Part shown: positions 1 to 12,862 of the stretch, piece after piece
Layout of the letters: each line of letters begins with the position of its first letter
Numbering within the stretch: position 1 is the first letter of the stretch
Source: Pristiophorus japonicus
Taxonomy: Eukaryota
NCBI RefSeq assembly: GCF_044704955.1
Contig: NC_091977.1
Location: forward strand, 344,038,001 to 344,102,000
Length of the DNA: 64,000 nt
Reading direction: 5' to 3'
Notes under the pieces: model-generated
Seen by the model: only the letters and a program-made list of their open reading frames with translations
The model's database searches: none
What the model was told of the DNA's origin: nothing
Position numbers and translations under genes: made by a program

Positions 1-158
1 TACGTTGACTATGTCCTGGAGTTCAGCCTCTGTGTGTGCACAGACGCAGGCATCGTCTGCGTACTGTAGCTCGACTACAGAGGTTGGAGTGGTCTTGGAC
101 CTGGCCTGGAGACGGCGAAGATTGAACAGCTTCCCACTGGTTCTGTAGTTTAGCTCCA
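1..158 (-). mobile_element. RTE-clade LINE fragment (RT domain), running off the window edge
   Basis: Minus strand translates to ELNYRTSGKLFNLRRLQARSKTTPTSVVELQYADDACVCAH (YADD motif); closely matches the RTE copy at about 23050-23210. Confidence 0.85.
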
Positions 159-535
159 TGGACATTCACACATTACGAGCTGTTGACGGTGTTCAATGCA
201 CCAAGCTCTTTTATAACTTAAAACATGGGAACAGCCTTTTGCAAAGCTGCTGCATCTGGAACTTTCACTGAGTTGGGATCACTGATGCGTTCCCTTGCAG
301 CTTGCTTCCTTTTTGCCCCCAAATTTTCATGAGGTCAGCACAAGACGGCAGCGGGTTTTGGAAAAGAAATGGCACTTGTGGAATGGGGAGCTCTTTACCC
401 TACATGCATAGTGGCAGAGAAACCACTCTATCTCTGGCACAGCTCTGTCCCTGGGATAGAGCGTTTTCTCTTATGCTATGAATGCTGGGTTAAAGAGCTC
501 ACCACTCTACGGAATTTTTTTTACAGTGCATACAA

Positions 536-622
536 TGGCCATTTTGAAAATAAGGACACCTGCAAAAAAAGGACAGCTGATGCTAGTCCCCAAGGTATCT
601 GTAATTTTCAGGTTTCACCATA
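536..622 (-). mobile_element. Tigger/pogo-type terminal repeat remnant
   Basis: Reverse complement (..GCAGGTGTCCTTATTTTCAAAATGGCCA) matches the TA|CAGTGAAA terminus at 39808-39893; ends at TA. Confidence 0.55.
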
Positions 623-796
623 TATTGCATTAATACATTGAAGCATCCATTGAGTTTATAACTTTGCAGCTGGAAATGGCCAATCAATCATTTTGGTTAA
701 TCCATCCAGAAAGACCCTGAAGGCCCACATTGTAGGATTCAATTAGTTCTTAAATGGGGTTTCAACCTCCAGTACTTCATCAAAATCACCATTATG

Positions 797-2500
797 GCCC
801 ACGTCCCACCATAATTTCAAGGAGGGGAAGCCCCCCTGCTTCCTTCTCCAGTTGGACCAGAATCGACAGAACGAATCCTGGAACCACGCGTCCTCCAGCA
901 GCAGGTGACATGGAGCAAGCGGCCTGGCACAGGCTCCTTGACCCCCAAGATCTCCGGCTGAAAATGTGGGGCCAGCAAGATAGCCACCCCACAAGAAGTG
1001 GCAGTGAGGTGGCTCATGCGGACCTCTCCTTGCCATTCCAGGAGCCACATGGCCTCATTTCCCGAAATGGTGTGGGTTTCTTGCATATTTCCCCTCCCGT
1101 AGGAGCGAAAAATAATTAAATCTACAGCGTGCCTCTCTGCCGCTGTTGATGTTGAGGCTGGCTTATGGTTATCTTCATGACAAGAGCTTAGTGCAACCCC
1201 TAACTTATTCTACTGTGGGGAGGGAGCGGTGTCGTGCGATGATCTCCTCTCCCTCAGCAACCCAGTGAGGAACGTTTTGAGCTGCGCAACTCAAGATTGT
1301 CTTTTTGGGTAAAGTGCTGTCCGCACCCGTGGTTTTGACAGCGGCAGGACAGACCTGATGAGCAGCGCTGGCTCACACCATTTGTCCAGGGCCAGATGGG
1401 CTCTATTGCGACAACCTTGGCATTCCGCCAAAAAAAATCCTCCTTGCGATGGACTCTAAATCCTCTTCCGCACCCACCACTGAGTCCCCGTCCTCCTCTG
1501 AGAGGTCGCCACTAGCGGCCAGTCCGTCAATCACACAGGATACGGCAAACGGCCCGGCTGCACCATCCAGCCCTACCTCGGTCACGATCCCAGGATCGTT
1601 GGCAGAGGAGTTTCCCCTGGGCTCCTCCCGGGATGCCGGGTCGGAAAGCGGCAGCAGACTGGGGACCCCTTCCGCCCCAGGCACCGGGGTGCATGGAGAA
1701 ACTGGGCCGAAAAACACTTCCAGTTCCTCCAACACACCCGGCGCCAATGTCAGGGACGGAGATTGGGGTTCCTCACATTCCCCGCCACCACATTCAGACC
1801 CAGCGGGCGGGGGTTCTTGTGATATGTCTTCTGCCAGGTTGAGCAGATCCCGGGGGGTGTTGAGGTTTGACTGGGTAGGCTTGGACTCAGCCTCTTCGGC
1901 CTTGCCCGCCTCAGTCCCCAGGATGCTCGACCCGGCGGCGATACTTTCGATTGGCGGCCCTGCGCCCCCCGCAACAGGCAGGTGGTCTTCCCCATCCCTG
2001 GGAGGCTCAGGCTGGACAGCCTTGGCTGGCTCACCTTCGAGAGATAGACTCTTCCCGCCTTCGGCACGCGTTGGGAGCGCTGCTGGGGGACGCGAGCCAC
2101 GCGCCAGGCACCAACTCCTCCACAGAGGGATCGTGGTCCTTCTCCGTTGCCCTGGAGTAGCACCTCCTTTTGTGTCCCGAGGGATGCGGAGGCAGGGAGG
2201 CCTCCATGTCTGCCGAGGCCTCCGCCTCCACTCCCTCCTTCTGAGTTTCTTACACGCGCCCGACTGCGGTTATCTTACCATCTGCAGAAGCAGGTGTAAT
2301 CAAGGGCTCGGGCACGGGATGCCCCGTGCTCGCTGGTGGTATTATGGGGCTGAGCGCAGTGATGGGGCTGTCTGGCCCACTGACGGGACTCGCCCGCAGG
2401 TTTTGGTTTTTCTTCTGCGCCTTCCTTCTGCACGGACGCACTCCCTCCCCCCCCCCCCCCCCCCCCCCGCCGGAGGCCGAGATGGCGTTGGCTCCCGACG
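797..2500 (-). mobile_element. Tx1-clade LINE, inverted 5' part (ORF1 C-terminus plus ORF2 endonuclease with internal deletion)
   Basis: Minus strand: ORF2 start MKITI/ASLNIN at about 1178; QETH..WLLEWQGEV..GVAILL..GRLLHV joined at about 903 to LLED..FWSNWRRKQGGFPSLKLWWDVG; GC-rich low-complexity ORF1-like sequence at 1180-2500. Confidence 0.8.
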
Positions 2501-2504
2501 ATGC

Positions 2505-3390
2505 CCGCGCATCTGGACGCTCCACTAAGCCTTGCAGAGCTGACCAGTGCCCTCTACCAGCTCTCGAGGGAAAAGTCCCCAGAGCTGGATGGGCTGACCG
2601 TGGATTTCCACAGGGCGTTCTGGGACATCTTGGGGGGCGACTACGCGCGGGTCCTGGGAGAAAGTCTGGTGACCGGGGAGATGCCCCTCTCTTGGCATCG
2701 GGCAGTCATTGTCCTGCTTCCTAAGAAGGGCGATCTCCGCCTACTTAAGAACTGGCGCTCAGTCTCCCTCCTCAGCATGGATTACAACATTTTTGCCAGG
2801 GTGATGTTTGCTGGCTTTGGCACCGTGCTGGACCACATGATCCACCCCGACCAGTCCTACACGATCCCGGGCCGGACAATCCACGACAACATTCATCTGG
2901 TCCGGGACCTGGTCCACCATTTCCAGAGGGCTCGTCTGTCGGTCGCCTTCCTTTCCCTCGATCAGGAGAAGGCGTTCGACAGGATGGATAACGAGTCTCT
3001 TTTCGGAACTCTGCGTGCTTTCGGGTTCAGGACGCATTTCGTCGCCTGGATCTGACTTTGGTATGCCGTCGTGGAGTGTCTGATTAAGGTTAATGGGTCT
3101 TGACGGTACCCCTTCACTTTGGGAGAGGGGTGCGCCAGGGATGCCCCATGTCCGGCCAGTTATATGCCATATGCGTGGAGCCTTTCTGGTGCCTCTTGTG
3201 GAAGAGGTTGACGGGACTGGCTCTGTAAGGGCCGGGCGTGGAGGTCGTCCTCTCGGCTTATGCCAATAACGTGCTCCTCATAGTCGAGGATCCCATTGAC
3301 CTGCGGCGGATGAGCGAGTGCCAGGAGATTTACTTGGCCGCATCCTCCACCAGGGTCAGCTGGGAGAAATGTTCCAGACTCCTGGTGGGC
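2505..3390 (+). mobile_element. Tx1-clade LINE ORF2 reverse transcriptase fragment (pseudogenised)
   Basis: KSPELDGL, LLPKKGDL..NWRSVSLL, IHPDQ, LDQEKAFD, GVRQGCPMS and a decayed YADD (YANN); stops at about 3053 and 3100. Confidence 0.9.
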
Positions 3391-3735
3391 AAGATAGCAC
3401 CTCCATGGAAATGGCAGAAAGAAATATTGAGGAATTTCACCCATTACCGGCAGTAGTAGCACAGGGCTGTAGATGCGAAGATTGTGAGCCCTAGTCGGTG
3501 GGAGAGTTATGAAATCAAGAAGAATAGATGTTATATGTGTAATGGCAATCATACCGCACAACAGTGTCGGTTCAAGTGGACAAGGTGCTACCGGTGCCAA
3601 GTAAAGAGACACATTGCAGCCGCATGTAAACCAAGGACAGGCCCAACGATATTCAAAGATTTAACTGGGTGGAAAGCGATCAGAACAGTTAGGTTTTGCT
3701 CTATAAGTAGTGAAGGGCAAGGCAGTACATTCCTT

Positions 3736-4897
3736 GGGCCCAAGTTTCCACACGATAAAAAACGGGCGCCTCTCCGAGCTGGGCGCCCATTTTTCGTGAT
3801 TCTGGAGCGCCCTGCAGCTCCTTGTCTGGTGCGGCGCCCAGGGGGGCGGAGCCTACACTCGCGCCGATTTTGTAAGTGGGAGGGGGTGGGTACTATTTAA
3901 ATAGTTTTTTCCTGCCGGCAACACTGCACGTGCGCGTTGGAGCGTTCGCGCACACGCAGTGTGAAGGAAACATTGGCACTCGGCCATTTTTGTAGTTCTT
4001 TGTAGCTGTTTAATTTTTGAACATTTTTTAATAAAACCACATTGCCATCAGCACTGAGGCTTCCCTTCTCACTGTCTCCTACCCCCTCCCTCCCGTTCGC
4101 GGGAACGACGCTGAGCTGACTAAGGCTTCCACCTCAAGTGGAAGGCTGCTTGCTGCCTAGTTACTGCCTGCCTGCCCCTCACTCCCTCCCCTCCCGTTCG
4201 CGGGAACATCGCTGAGCTGACTGTAAGGCTTCCACCTCAAGTGGAAGGCTGCTTGCTGCCTGGTTACTGCCTGCCTGCCCCTCCCTTCCTCCCGTTCGCG
4301 GGAACGACGCTGAGCTGACTGTAAGGCTTCCACCTCAAGTGGAAGGCTGCTTGCTGCCTGGTTACTGCCTGCCTGCCCCTTCCTCCCGTTCGCGGGAACG
4401 ACGCCACATCGCTGAGCTGACTGAAGCACTTTCACACAGGTAGGAAGATGGTTTATTTAATCTTTTTTTTGCTTATAAATGTTTATTCAGGTTGGATTTA
4501 TTTGTATAATATTTGTAGAAGTATAAATAAGGATTTATTATAGAATTTAATGACTTTCCTTCCCCCCCCCCCCCCCCATCTCGTTCTGGATGCCTAATTT
4601 GTAACCTGTGCCTGATTTTTTAATGTGTAGAACAGGTTTTTTCAGTTCTACAAAAATCTTCACTTGCTTCATTCTACTTTAGTTTGGAGTACGTTTTCAC
4701 TGTGGAAACTTTCAAATCAGGCGTCAGTGGCCGGACACGCCCCCTTTTGAAGAAAAAATTCTGTTCCAAAGTGGAACTGTTCTACCTGACTAGAACTGCA
4801 GAAAAAAAAATGTGGAGAATTGCGATTTCTAAGATAGTCCGTTCTCCACCAGTTGCTCCTAAAAAATCAGGCGCAAATCATGTGGAAACTTGGGCCC
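3736..4897. mobile_element. Non-autonomous PIF/Harbinger-type MITE with internal minisatellite
   Basis: 21-bp TIRs GGGCCCAAGTTTCCACA(C/T)GAT (1 mismatch); 3-bp TSD CTT at 3733-3735 and 4898-4900; inserted between Gypsy gag and protease. Confidence 0.9.
4082..4428. repeat. Tandem repeat of about 95-100 bp (about 3.5 units) inside the MITE
   Basis: TCCCGTTCGCGGGAAC recurs at 4091, 4192, 4290 and 4384; full units also carry CTTCCACCTCAAGTGGAAG. Confidence 0.9.
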
Positions 4898-7294
4898 CTT
4901 ATGTCAGGATTTCAGAACGTTAGTACTGATAATCGATGGATTAAAATGACAATAGATAGCGCGGCTGATTGCTCAATAATGAGTCAGGATGTATATTGCA
5001 AGAATTTCAGGGGCATACCACTAAAGGCAAGCTTAGCAAAGCTGAAAACATATTCGGGGGAAAAACTGCAGATGCTTGGACAAATGAAGTGTCTAGTACA
5101 ATATCAGGGGCAACAAGCAATATTACTATTATTATAGCGAAATACATCAATCGGTCGACACATATAGGCAAAGGTTGGCTAAGAATGCTTCGTTTGGATT
5201 GATACAGCATCTGTAGTGCAGAAATGGTCAAGTCTCGGCTAGATACTCTGCTGGAGACATGTGCTAACATGTTTGAGGATTCATACAAGGGCATCAAGGG
5301 ATACAGTGCACATGTTCGGATTAGGTCGGATGTCAAACCTATTTTTTGTAGATCAAGGCCGGTACCGTATGCAATAAAATCACAGGTTGAGCAAGAGCTT
5401 GATAAGTTGGAGAAATAGAGAGTTTTAGTGAAGACTGATAGGAGTGACTGGGCCACCCCATTAGTTGTAGTGCCGAAGGCAGACAAAATGATACGGCTCT
5501 GTGGGATCATAAAATTACCCTGAATCGTGCAGTTGATGGTGAACAGTACCCTTTACCGACATCACAGGACCTCTGTGCATAACTGGCGGAAGCCAAAGTC
5601 TTAACAACATTGGATCTCTCCAACTCTACGCCGACAAGTCAGCAGTATCTGCCAGTCAACACACACACAGATTTATATTCGTACACTAAGTTGCTCTATA
5701 TCAAGTCCTCACCAAAGATATTTCAGACTCCCATGGATCAGATCTTACAGGGAATAAATTACTGTTTGTGCAATCAAGATGATGTGTTGATGGCCACCAG
5801 CACAGAGAAGGAAAACCTGGAAATCTTAGAAGTATTCAGATGGTTCAATGACCATAATCTGAAGCTGAAGAGGAGTAAATGTACATTCATACAGCATGAG
5901 GTGGTTTATTTAGGATTGCGAGTAGATAAAAATGGTCTCAAACCAGTTAAGGAGAAAGTGCAAACGTCATGATGGCTCCAGAGCCAAAAAACGTTACTGA
6001 ATTATGATCCTTTTTAGGGATGGCCCAATATTCTCGTTTCCTTCCTGGACTAGCAACGGTGCTCGCTCCACTCCACTCCACTCCAGAGCAGCAGAATGCA
6101 TATGACGCATGCAAGCGACGCTTGAGCAGTTGTGCTCTTATCCATTATAATTTGACTTGTGGACTAAGACTAGCATGTGATGCTTCTGGGTATGGTGTGG
6201 GAGCAGTGATCAGCCATGTTATCAATGATGGGCAAGAAAAATCGGTTGCCTTTACATCGCGTACACTGAACAAAAGCAAACAAAATTATGCTCAGATTGA
6301 GGAAGAGACTTTGCCAATTATATTTGGCATGATAAAGTTTCACCAGTTTCTTTTGGAATACCAATTCATGCTAGTAACCGATCACAAACTGTTATTATGG
6401 CGGCGACCAGGATGCAAAGATGGGCTATTTTATTGTCTCAGTACGATTACAAAACCGAGTATCGTACGTCGAAGCAGAATGCAGTGACGGGTGCCTTTTC
6501 AAGGTTGTCTCATGAAGATTCTGAAGTTGGTCACGAGCAGTCAATCTTTACTCTAGATGTAATTGATGAGGACTTTCCAGTCACCACCTCTATTATTGCA
6601 GAGAACACACACAAAGATGCCACGTTACACTGGGCCTATGAGCACACTCTGCGAGGGTGGTCTGAAGATCAGACTCATTTGGAAGAGGGGATAAAGCTCG
6701 TTTATCATCGTCAGCAAGAATTATCGTGTGAGCAGGGATGTCTAAAATGGGCCTGAGTAGTCAATCCCAGTGCACTACAGGTCAAAGTCATGGTGAGCTT
6801 ACTGGCATTGTGTAGGCATGAAAGTGGTAGTCCGATGTTTTGTCTATTGGCCTGGGTTGGATAAAGCCTTAGTCCACTTACTTACTAATACTTCTATCAG
6901 TCAAGACTGCAGGCCCATGCCAGCTAAAACGTCGTTGCAAACATAGACTTGGCCAACGAGACCATTCCAAAGAATACATACTGATTTTTGCGAGAGGGGC
7001 AGTGATAACTTTCTGGTTCTAATTGATAGCCATTCGAAGTGGCTGGAAGTACAGCATATGGGGTCATCTATGACTACAGAGCGTATATTGGGTGAATTAC
7101 GGGATATTTTTGAATGCCAATAGTGTCAGATAATGGGCCTCAATTTCGGTCCACACCACACAATTTGCGAATTTTGCCAGATGCAACGGTATCAAACACA
7201 CGTTGGTAGCACCATATCATCCTGCTTCGAATGGTGCAGCTGAAAGGTTGGTCAGGATTGTCATGGAGGCTTTGTGCATCATTGGTGAGCATGA

Positions 7295-10200
7295 CTGGAT
7301 CATTGGCAGGACCGGAACCAATGTCCTAGGGGGAGTGTTTGCTAGTGCTGTTGGGGAGGAGTTAAACTAATATTGCAGGGGGATGGGAACCTATGCAGGG
7401 AGACAGAGGGAGACAAAAATGAGGCAAAAGCAAAAGACAGAAAGGAGATGAGGAAAAGTGGAGGGCAGAGAAACCCAAGGCAAAGAACAAAAAGGGCCAC
7501 TGTACAGCAAAATTCTAAAAGGACAAAGGGTGTTAAAAAAGCAAGCCTGAAGGCTTTGTGTCTTAATGCAAGGAGTATCCGCAATAAGGTGGATGAATTA
7601 ACTGTGCAAATAGATGTTAACAAATATGATGTGATTGGGATTACGGAGACGTAGCTCCAGGATGATCAGGGCTGGGAACTCAACATCCAGGGGTATTCAA
7701 CATTCAGGAAGGATAGAATAAAAGGAAAAGGAGGTAGGGTAGCATTGCTGGTTAAAGAGGAGATTAATGCAATAGTTAGGAAAGACATTAGCTTGGATGA
7801 TGTGGAATCTATATGGGTAGAGCTGCAGAACACTAAAGGGCAAAAATCGTTAGTGGGAATTGTGTACAGACCTCCAAACAGTAGTAGTGATGTTGGGGAG
7901 GGCATCAAACAGGAAATTAGGAGTACATGCAATAAAGGTAGAACAGTTATAATGGGTGACTTTAATATGCACATAGATTGGGCCAGCCAAACTGGAAGCA
8001 ATACGGTGGAGGAGGATTTCCTGGAGTGCATAAGGGATGGTTTTCTAGACCAATATGTCGAGGAACCAACTAGGGGGGAGGCCATCTTAGACTGGGTGTT
8101 GTGTAATGAGAGAGGATTAATTCGCAATCTCATTGTGCGAGGCTCCTTGGGGAAGAGTGACCATAATATGGTGGAATTCTGCATTAGGATGGAGAATGAA
8201 ACAGTTAATTCAGAGACCATGGTCCAGAAATTAAAGAAGGGTAACTTTGAAGGTATGAGGCATGAATTGGCTAAGATAGATTGGCTAATGATACTTAAGG
8301 GGTTGACTGTGGATTGGCAATGGCAGACATTTAGAGACCGCATGGATGAATTACAACAATTGTACATTCCTGTCTGGCGTAAAAATAAAAAAGGGAAGGT
8401 GGCTCAACCGTGGCTATCTCGGGAAATCAGGGATAGTATTAAAGCCAAGGAAATGGCATACAAATTGGCCAGAAATAGCAGCGAACCCGGGGACTGGGAG
8501 AAATTTAGAACTCAGCAGAGGAGGACAAAGGGTTTGATTAGGGCAGGGAAAATGGAGTACGAGAAGAAGCTTGCAGGGAACATTAAGGCGGATTGCAAAA
8601 GTTTCTATAGGTATGTAAAGAGAAAAAGGTTAGTAAAGACAAACGTAGGTCCCCTGCAGTCAGAATCAGGGGAAGTCATAACGGGGAACAAAGAAATGGC
8701 AGACCAATTGAACAAGTACTTTGGTTCAGTATTCACTAAGGAGGACACAAACAACCTTCCGGATATAAAAGTGGTCAGAGGGTCTAGTAAGGAGGAGGAA
8801 CTGAGGGAAATCTTTATTAGTCGGGAAATTGTGTTGGGGAAATTGGTGGGATTGAAGGCCGATAAATCCCCAGGGCCTGATGGACTGCATCCCAGAGTAC
8901 TTAAGGAGGTGGCCTTGGAAATAGCGGATGCATTGACAGTCATTTTCCAACATTCCATTGACTCTGGATCAGTTCCTATCGAGTGGAGGGTAGCCAATGT
9001 AACCCCACTTTTTAAAAAAGGAGGGAGAGAGAAAACAGGGAATTATAGACCGGTCAGCCTGACCTCAGTAGTGGGTAAAATGATGGAATCAATTATTAAG
9101 GATGTCATAGCAGCGCATTTGGAAAATGGTGACATGATAGGTCCAAGTCAGCATGGATTTGTGAAAGGGAGATCATGCTTGACAAATCTTCTGGAATTTT
9201 TTGAGGATGTTTCCAATAAAGTGGACAAAGGAGTACCAGTTGATGTGGTATATTTGGACTTTCAGAAGGCTTTCGACAAGGTGCCACACAGGAGATTAAT
9301 GTGCAAAGTTAAAGCACATGGGATTGGGGGTAGTGTGCTGACGTGGATTGAGAACTGGTTGTCAGACAGGAAGCAAAGAGTAGGAGTAAATGGGTACTTT
9401 TCGGAATGGCAGGCAGTGACTAGTGGGGTACCGCAGGGTTCTGTGCTGGGGCCCCAGTTGTTTACATTGTACATTAATGATTTAGACGAGGGGATTAAAT
9501 GTAGTATCTCCAAATTTGCGGATGACACTAAGTTGGGTGGCAGTGTGAGCTGCGAGGAGGATGCTATGAGGCTGCAGAGTGACTTGGATAGGTTAGGTGA
9601 GTGGGCAAATGCGTGGCAGATGAAGTATAATGTGGATAAATGTGAGGTTATCCACTTTGGTGGTAAAAACAGAGAGACAGACTATTATCTGAATGGTGAC
9701 AGATTAGGAAAAGGGAAGGTGCAACGAGACCTGGGTGTCATGGTACATCAGTCATTGAAGATTGGCATGCAGGTACAGCAGACGGTTAAGAAAGCAAATG
9801 GCATGTTGGCCTTCATAGCGAGGGGATTTGAGTACAGGGGCAGGGAGGTGTTGCTACAGTTGTACAGGGCCTTGGTGAGGCCACACCTGGAGTATTGTGT
9901 ACAGTTTTGGTCTCCTAACTTGAGGAAGGACATTCTTGCTATTGAGGGAGTGCAGCGAAGATTCACCAGACTGATTCCCGGGATGGTGGGACTGACCTAT
10001 CAAGAAAGACTGGATCAACTGGGCTTGTATTCACTGGAGTTCAGAAGAGTGAGAGGGGACCTCATAGAAACGTTTAAAATTCTGACGGGTTTGGACAGGT
10101 TGGATGCAGGAAGAATGTTCCCAATGTTGGGGAAGTCCAGAACCAGGGGTCACAGTCTAAGGATAAGGGGTAAGCCATTTAGGACCGAGATAAGGAGAAA

Positions 10201-10451
10201 CTTCTTCACCCAGAGAGTGGTGAACCTGTGGAATTCTCTACCACAGAAAGTAGTTGAGGCCAATTCACTAAATATATTCAAAAGGGAGTTAGATGAAGTC
10301 CTTACTACTTGGGGGATCAAGGGGTATGGCGAGAAAGCAGGAATGGGGTACTGAAGTTTCATGTTCAGCCATGAACTCATTGAATGGCGGTGCAGGCTAG
10401 AAGGGCTGAATGGCCTACTCCTGCACCTATTTTCTATGTTTCTATGTTTCT
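7295..10451 (+). mobile_element. Young 5'-truncated CR1 LINE (end of ORF1, ORF2, 3' tail)
   Basis: 14-bp TSD ATTGGTGAGCATGA (7281-7294 and 10452-10465); ORF1 end RTGTNVLGGVFASAVGEELN*; (TTTCTATG)n tail. Confidence 0.95.
7373..10354 (+). CDS. CR1 ORF2 (APE endonuclease plus reverse transcriptase), interrupted only by TAG at 7652-7654
   Basis: LNARSIRNK, GITET*, YRPP, MGDFN, SDH; RT motifs KSPGPDG, YLDFQKAFD, GVPQGSVLGP, FADD. The 869-aa ORF 7745-10354 is in frame with ORF 7373-7654. Confidence 0.9.
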
Positions 10452-11418
10452 ATTGGTGAGCATGAAACATTGGTTAGCAAATTTTCTTGTCCAATACAGA
10501 ACTACGCCTCATTCTACAACCGGGTACACGCCTGCTGAATTATTGATGAAGCATCGGCTGAGGTCGCGTCTCAGTTTATTGTAGCTGAACTTGGCTGATA
10601 AGGTAGAGAAGGCACAATCGGTGCAGAAACGTCATTATCATTCTGGTATTAAAGAGTGGTGTTTTCAGGAGGGTGATCAGATCAGAGTTCTCAGTCTGTC
10701 GAAAAGGGCAAGTCCATGCAAATGGGACATTGGTACAATTGTTTGGGTATGTGGCACCAAGCAGTACCTGGTCAAAATTGGTGAAGACATCAGGAAGGTT
10801 CATGTGAATCAAATGTTTCCAGCAAGTGATGCACCTTCGGTACCACGAGTAGATGATTATGAGTCTGACTTGGACAAAGATCAGAGTGAGTTGGCAGGTC
10901 CAAGTACTGCAACGAACACAATGGTCACAATGTCCATATCCCCACCAACTCCAATGCAACCGACTGAAGGTGGTTCCGCGGGTATGGGACAATCCCGCAG
11001 AGACTCTTATCTTTTGAGGGGAGGAGGTAGAGTTGGGGTTAAGTTAAGAACGCAAACCAACTCGACTGCATATTGATAACTGGGAATCTTAGGAAGAAAG
11101 CAAATACTCGGACTGCTGTAAGGGTTTCAAGGAAACTCAAGAGGACACGGGAAGGAACAGGTCAGGATTACAGGATAGAGGCTACACGCCCTGAAACAGA
11201 AATTCCCCAAGACAGTCTCCTGAGTCAAAAGAATATAGAAAACGGGCATAGCCAGCCAATTGCAAAGAAAATGGAGGTTCGGAGCAGAAGGAAGCTAAAA
11301 GCCTACAACAAGATGCTCAGGCTCAGTTGTTGAATTTGTAAAATTGGAATCATGATGAGTAATCTTTTGAAATATTGTATAAATACCTTTTTTAAAAAAA
11401 AAAAAGAAGGGGAAGCAG

Positions 11419-11656
11419 TGTAACGTATGCACCTGTGAATATGCTGACAGGTTTGTGGAGCTCTTGCATTGTGAGTGGTTCATAAGACTCAATAAAACCT
11501 CAGTTGGGTTTAGGTCATCCACGAAGAGGTATGTAGTTTGAGCCTAGTAATGTGTAGTGTGATTGTTAAACCTTTATTAATAAATCAACTCGTTCTTAAT
11601 AGCAGTGTGTTGCTATGAATTCTTAAGCGAAGAACCCATGAAGCAAATGCATTACA
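11419..11656 (+). repeat. 3' LTR of the Gypsy element at 3391-11656
   Basis: TGTAA...TTACA termini, preceded by purine tract AAAGAAGGGGAAGCAG; contains AATAAA. Confidence 0.8.
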
Positions 11657-11939
11657 ATTATAACAGTAATACAATCTACAGGGAATAGGTGGTTTTTGTA
11701 TCTTCATGCTCTTCTTTTGGAGAACAGTCTTAGTGAAGTAGTGGAAGAATGCGTAGGCTGATTAACAGTCTTGACAGGCTGCGACATGGTTAGTCCTTTA
11801 CTGCAGGAGGGGTTTATGGGCTCCCACAACCTTATACCATGAGGGGTGGGGGACACTCATAACCACTGCATGCGAATACCTTGTTTTGTCAACCCAAAAT
11901 TAAGAGCTGGAGCTCTGGGCTTTGCTCACCAGGACTGTA

Positions 11940-12000
11940 AAAATCAGGACTTAAACCCTGCCCCTTTTGACCAAGGCAGAAATGCTACCATTAAGTTATG
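11940..12000 (-). mobile_element. Degenerate tRNA-derived SINE head
   Basis: Reverse complement TAACTTAATGGTAGCA...GGGTTTAAGTCC resembles Pol III A and B boxes. Confidence 0.35.
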
Positions 12001-12862
12001 GGCGCGCTTTTGGTGATACAGGTAGTTATATATCAATAATTGAACATATACAGCGGAGGATTTGGGTAAAACTGTATCCTTCAACTCTGAGAAACACCAC
12101 CAATGTATTACATTATTAAACTCTGTACGTAGGACCTGTGTTTCAATATAAAGCTTGCCTCTGTGGCAAAATACACTTACCTGTCCTAATAATTGTATCA
12201 GGACGGCACTGATAGGAATTTTCATGTGAAGGATGTCATGCATTGCCTGTCACAGATACACCCATGCTTGGTTTTATGCACATTAAGTGCCATGTTATAG
12301 TGAAGGTATATGGTAGTTTACTTTAACTATTTTAATCTCTTATTAACTTCTTTTAGATTTAGCATTTTTTTATTTTACTTATAAAACCCTTTTCCCTTTT
12401 TGGCCGCCTAGCCCTATTTTTTGCCATCTTGCTCATAATCTGCCTCCAGCCACCCAGAATATAACTATTCAAAAAAAAATTAACTTCTTGTCAGCCTTTT
12501 TCTCACTTTAATGTTTTAAGTGTGCATGTGTCTTTTGTATATGTCTTTGTCGGAATGGTTAATGCTGAATTTTGCTGTAAAAATGTATTTTACCTGGCAT
12601 TTGGGCCAAGTCTTCCTGGAAAACTAACGACCAGTTCACGGTGCACACCATTATGAATGCACAAATCGACCAAGTTCAGAGGATGAAAACTTGGTCAATT
12701 TATGCAAATGCATACAAATGGCATCTCACCCTGAGCACCCCTGTTATTTTTTAAGAACTTTCTGGATTTCCATATTAATTGACCATTAAACTCGCAGCTC
12801 ATCACTAACCTTGTGAGTACCCTTTTAACGACGGGATAATTGTTGATGCCATGCCACTCAGT

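Larger units (their letters stand above)
3391..11656 (+). mobile_element. Decayed Ty3/Gypsy LTR retrotransposon lacking its 5' LTR, interrupted by a MITE (3736-4897) and a CR1 (7295-10451)
   Basis: Domain order: gag knuckles CYMCNGNHTAQQC/CYRCQVKRHIAAAC, protease IDSAAD, RT (QDDVL), RNase H (DASGYGVGAVI), integrase (SDNGPQF, PYHPASNGAAERLV, YRTTPHSTTG); many frameshifts and stops; PPT and 3' LTR present. Confidence 0.9.

Noticed and set aside
1449-2528. 359-aa plus-strand ORF as a host gene
   Set aside because: Antisense shadow of the GC-rich Tx1 ORF1; low complexity, no domain.
4082-4428. CRISPR-like array or hammerhead ribozyme repeat
   Set aside because: Whole units repeat with no unique spacers, the context is eukaryotic with no cas genes, and there is no CTGANGA/GAAA core.
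10990-11340. env-like or extra ORF after the Gypsy integrase
   Set aside because: Short low-complexity frames with no signal peptide or transmembrane segment; likely a frameshifted integrase tail.
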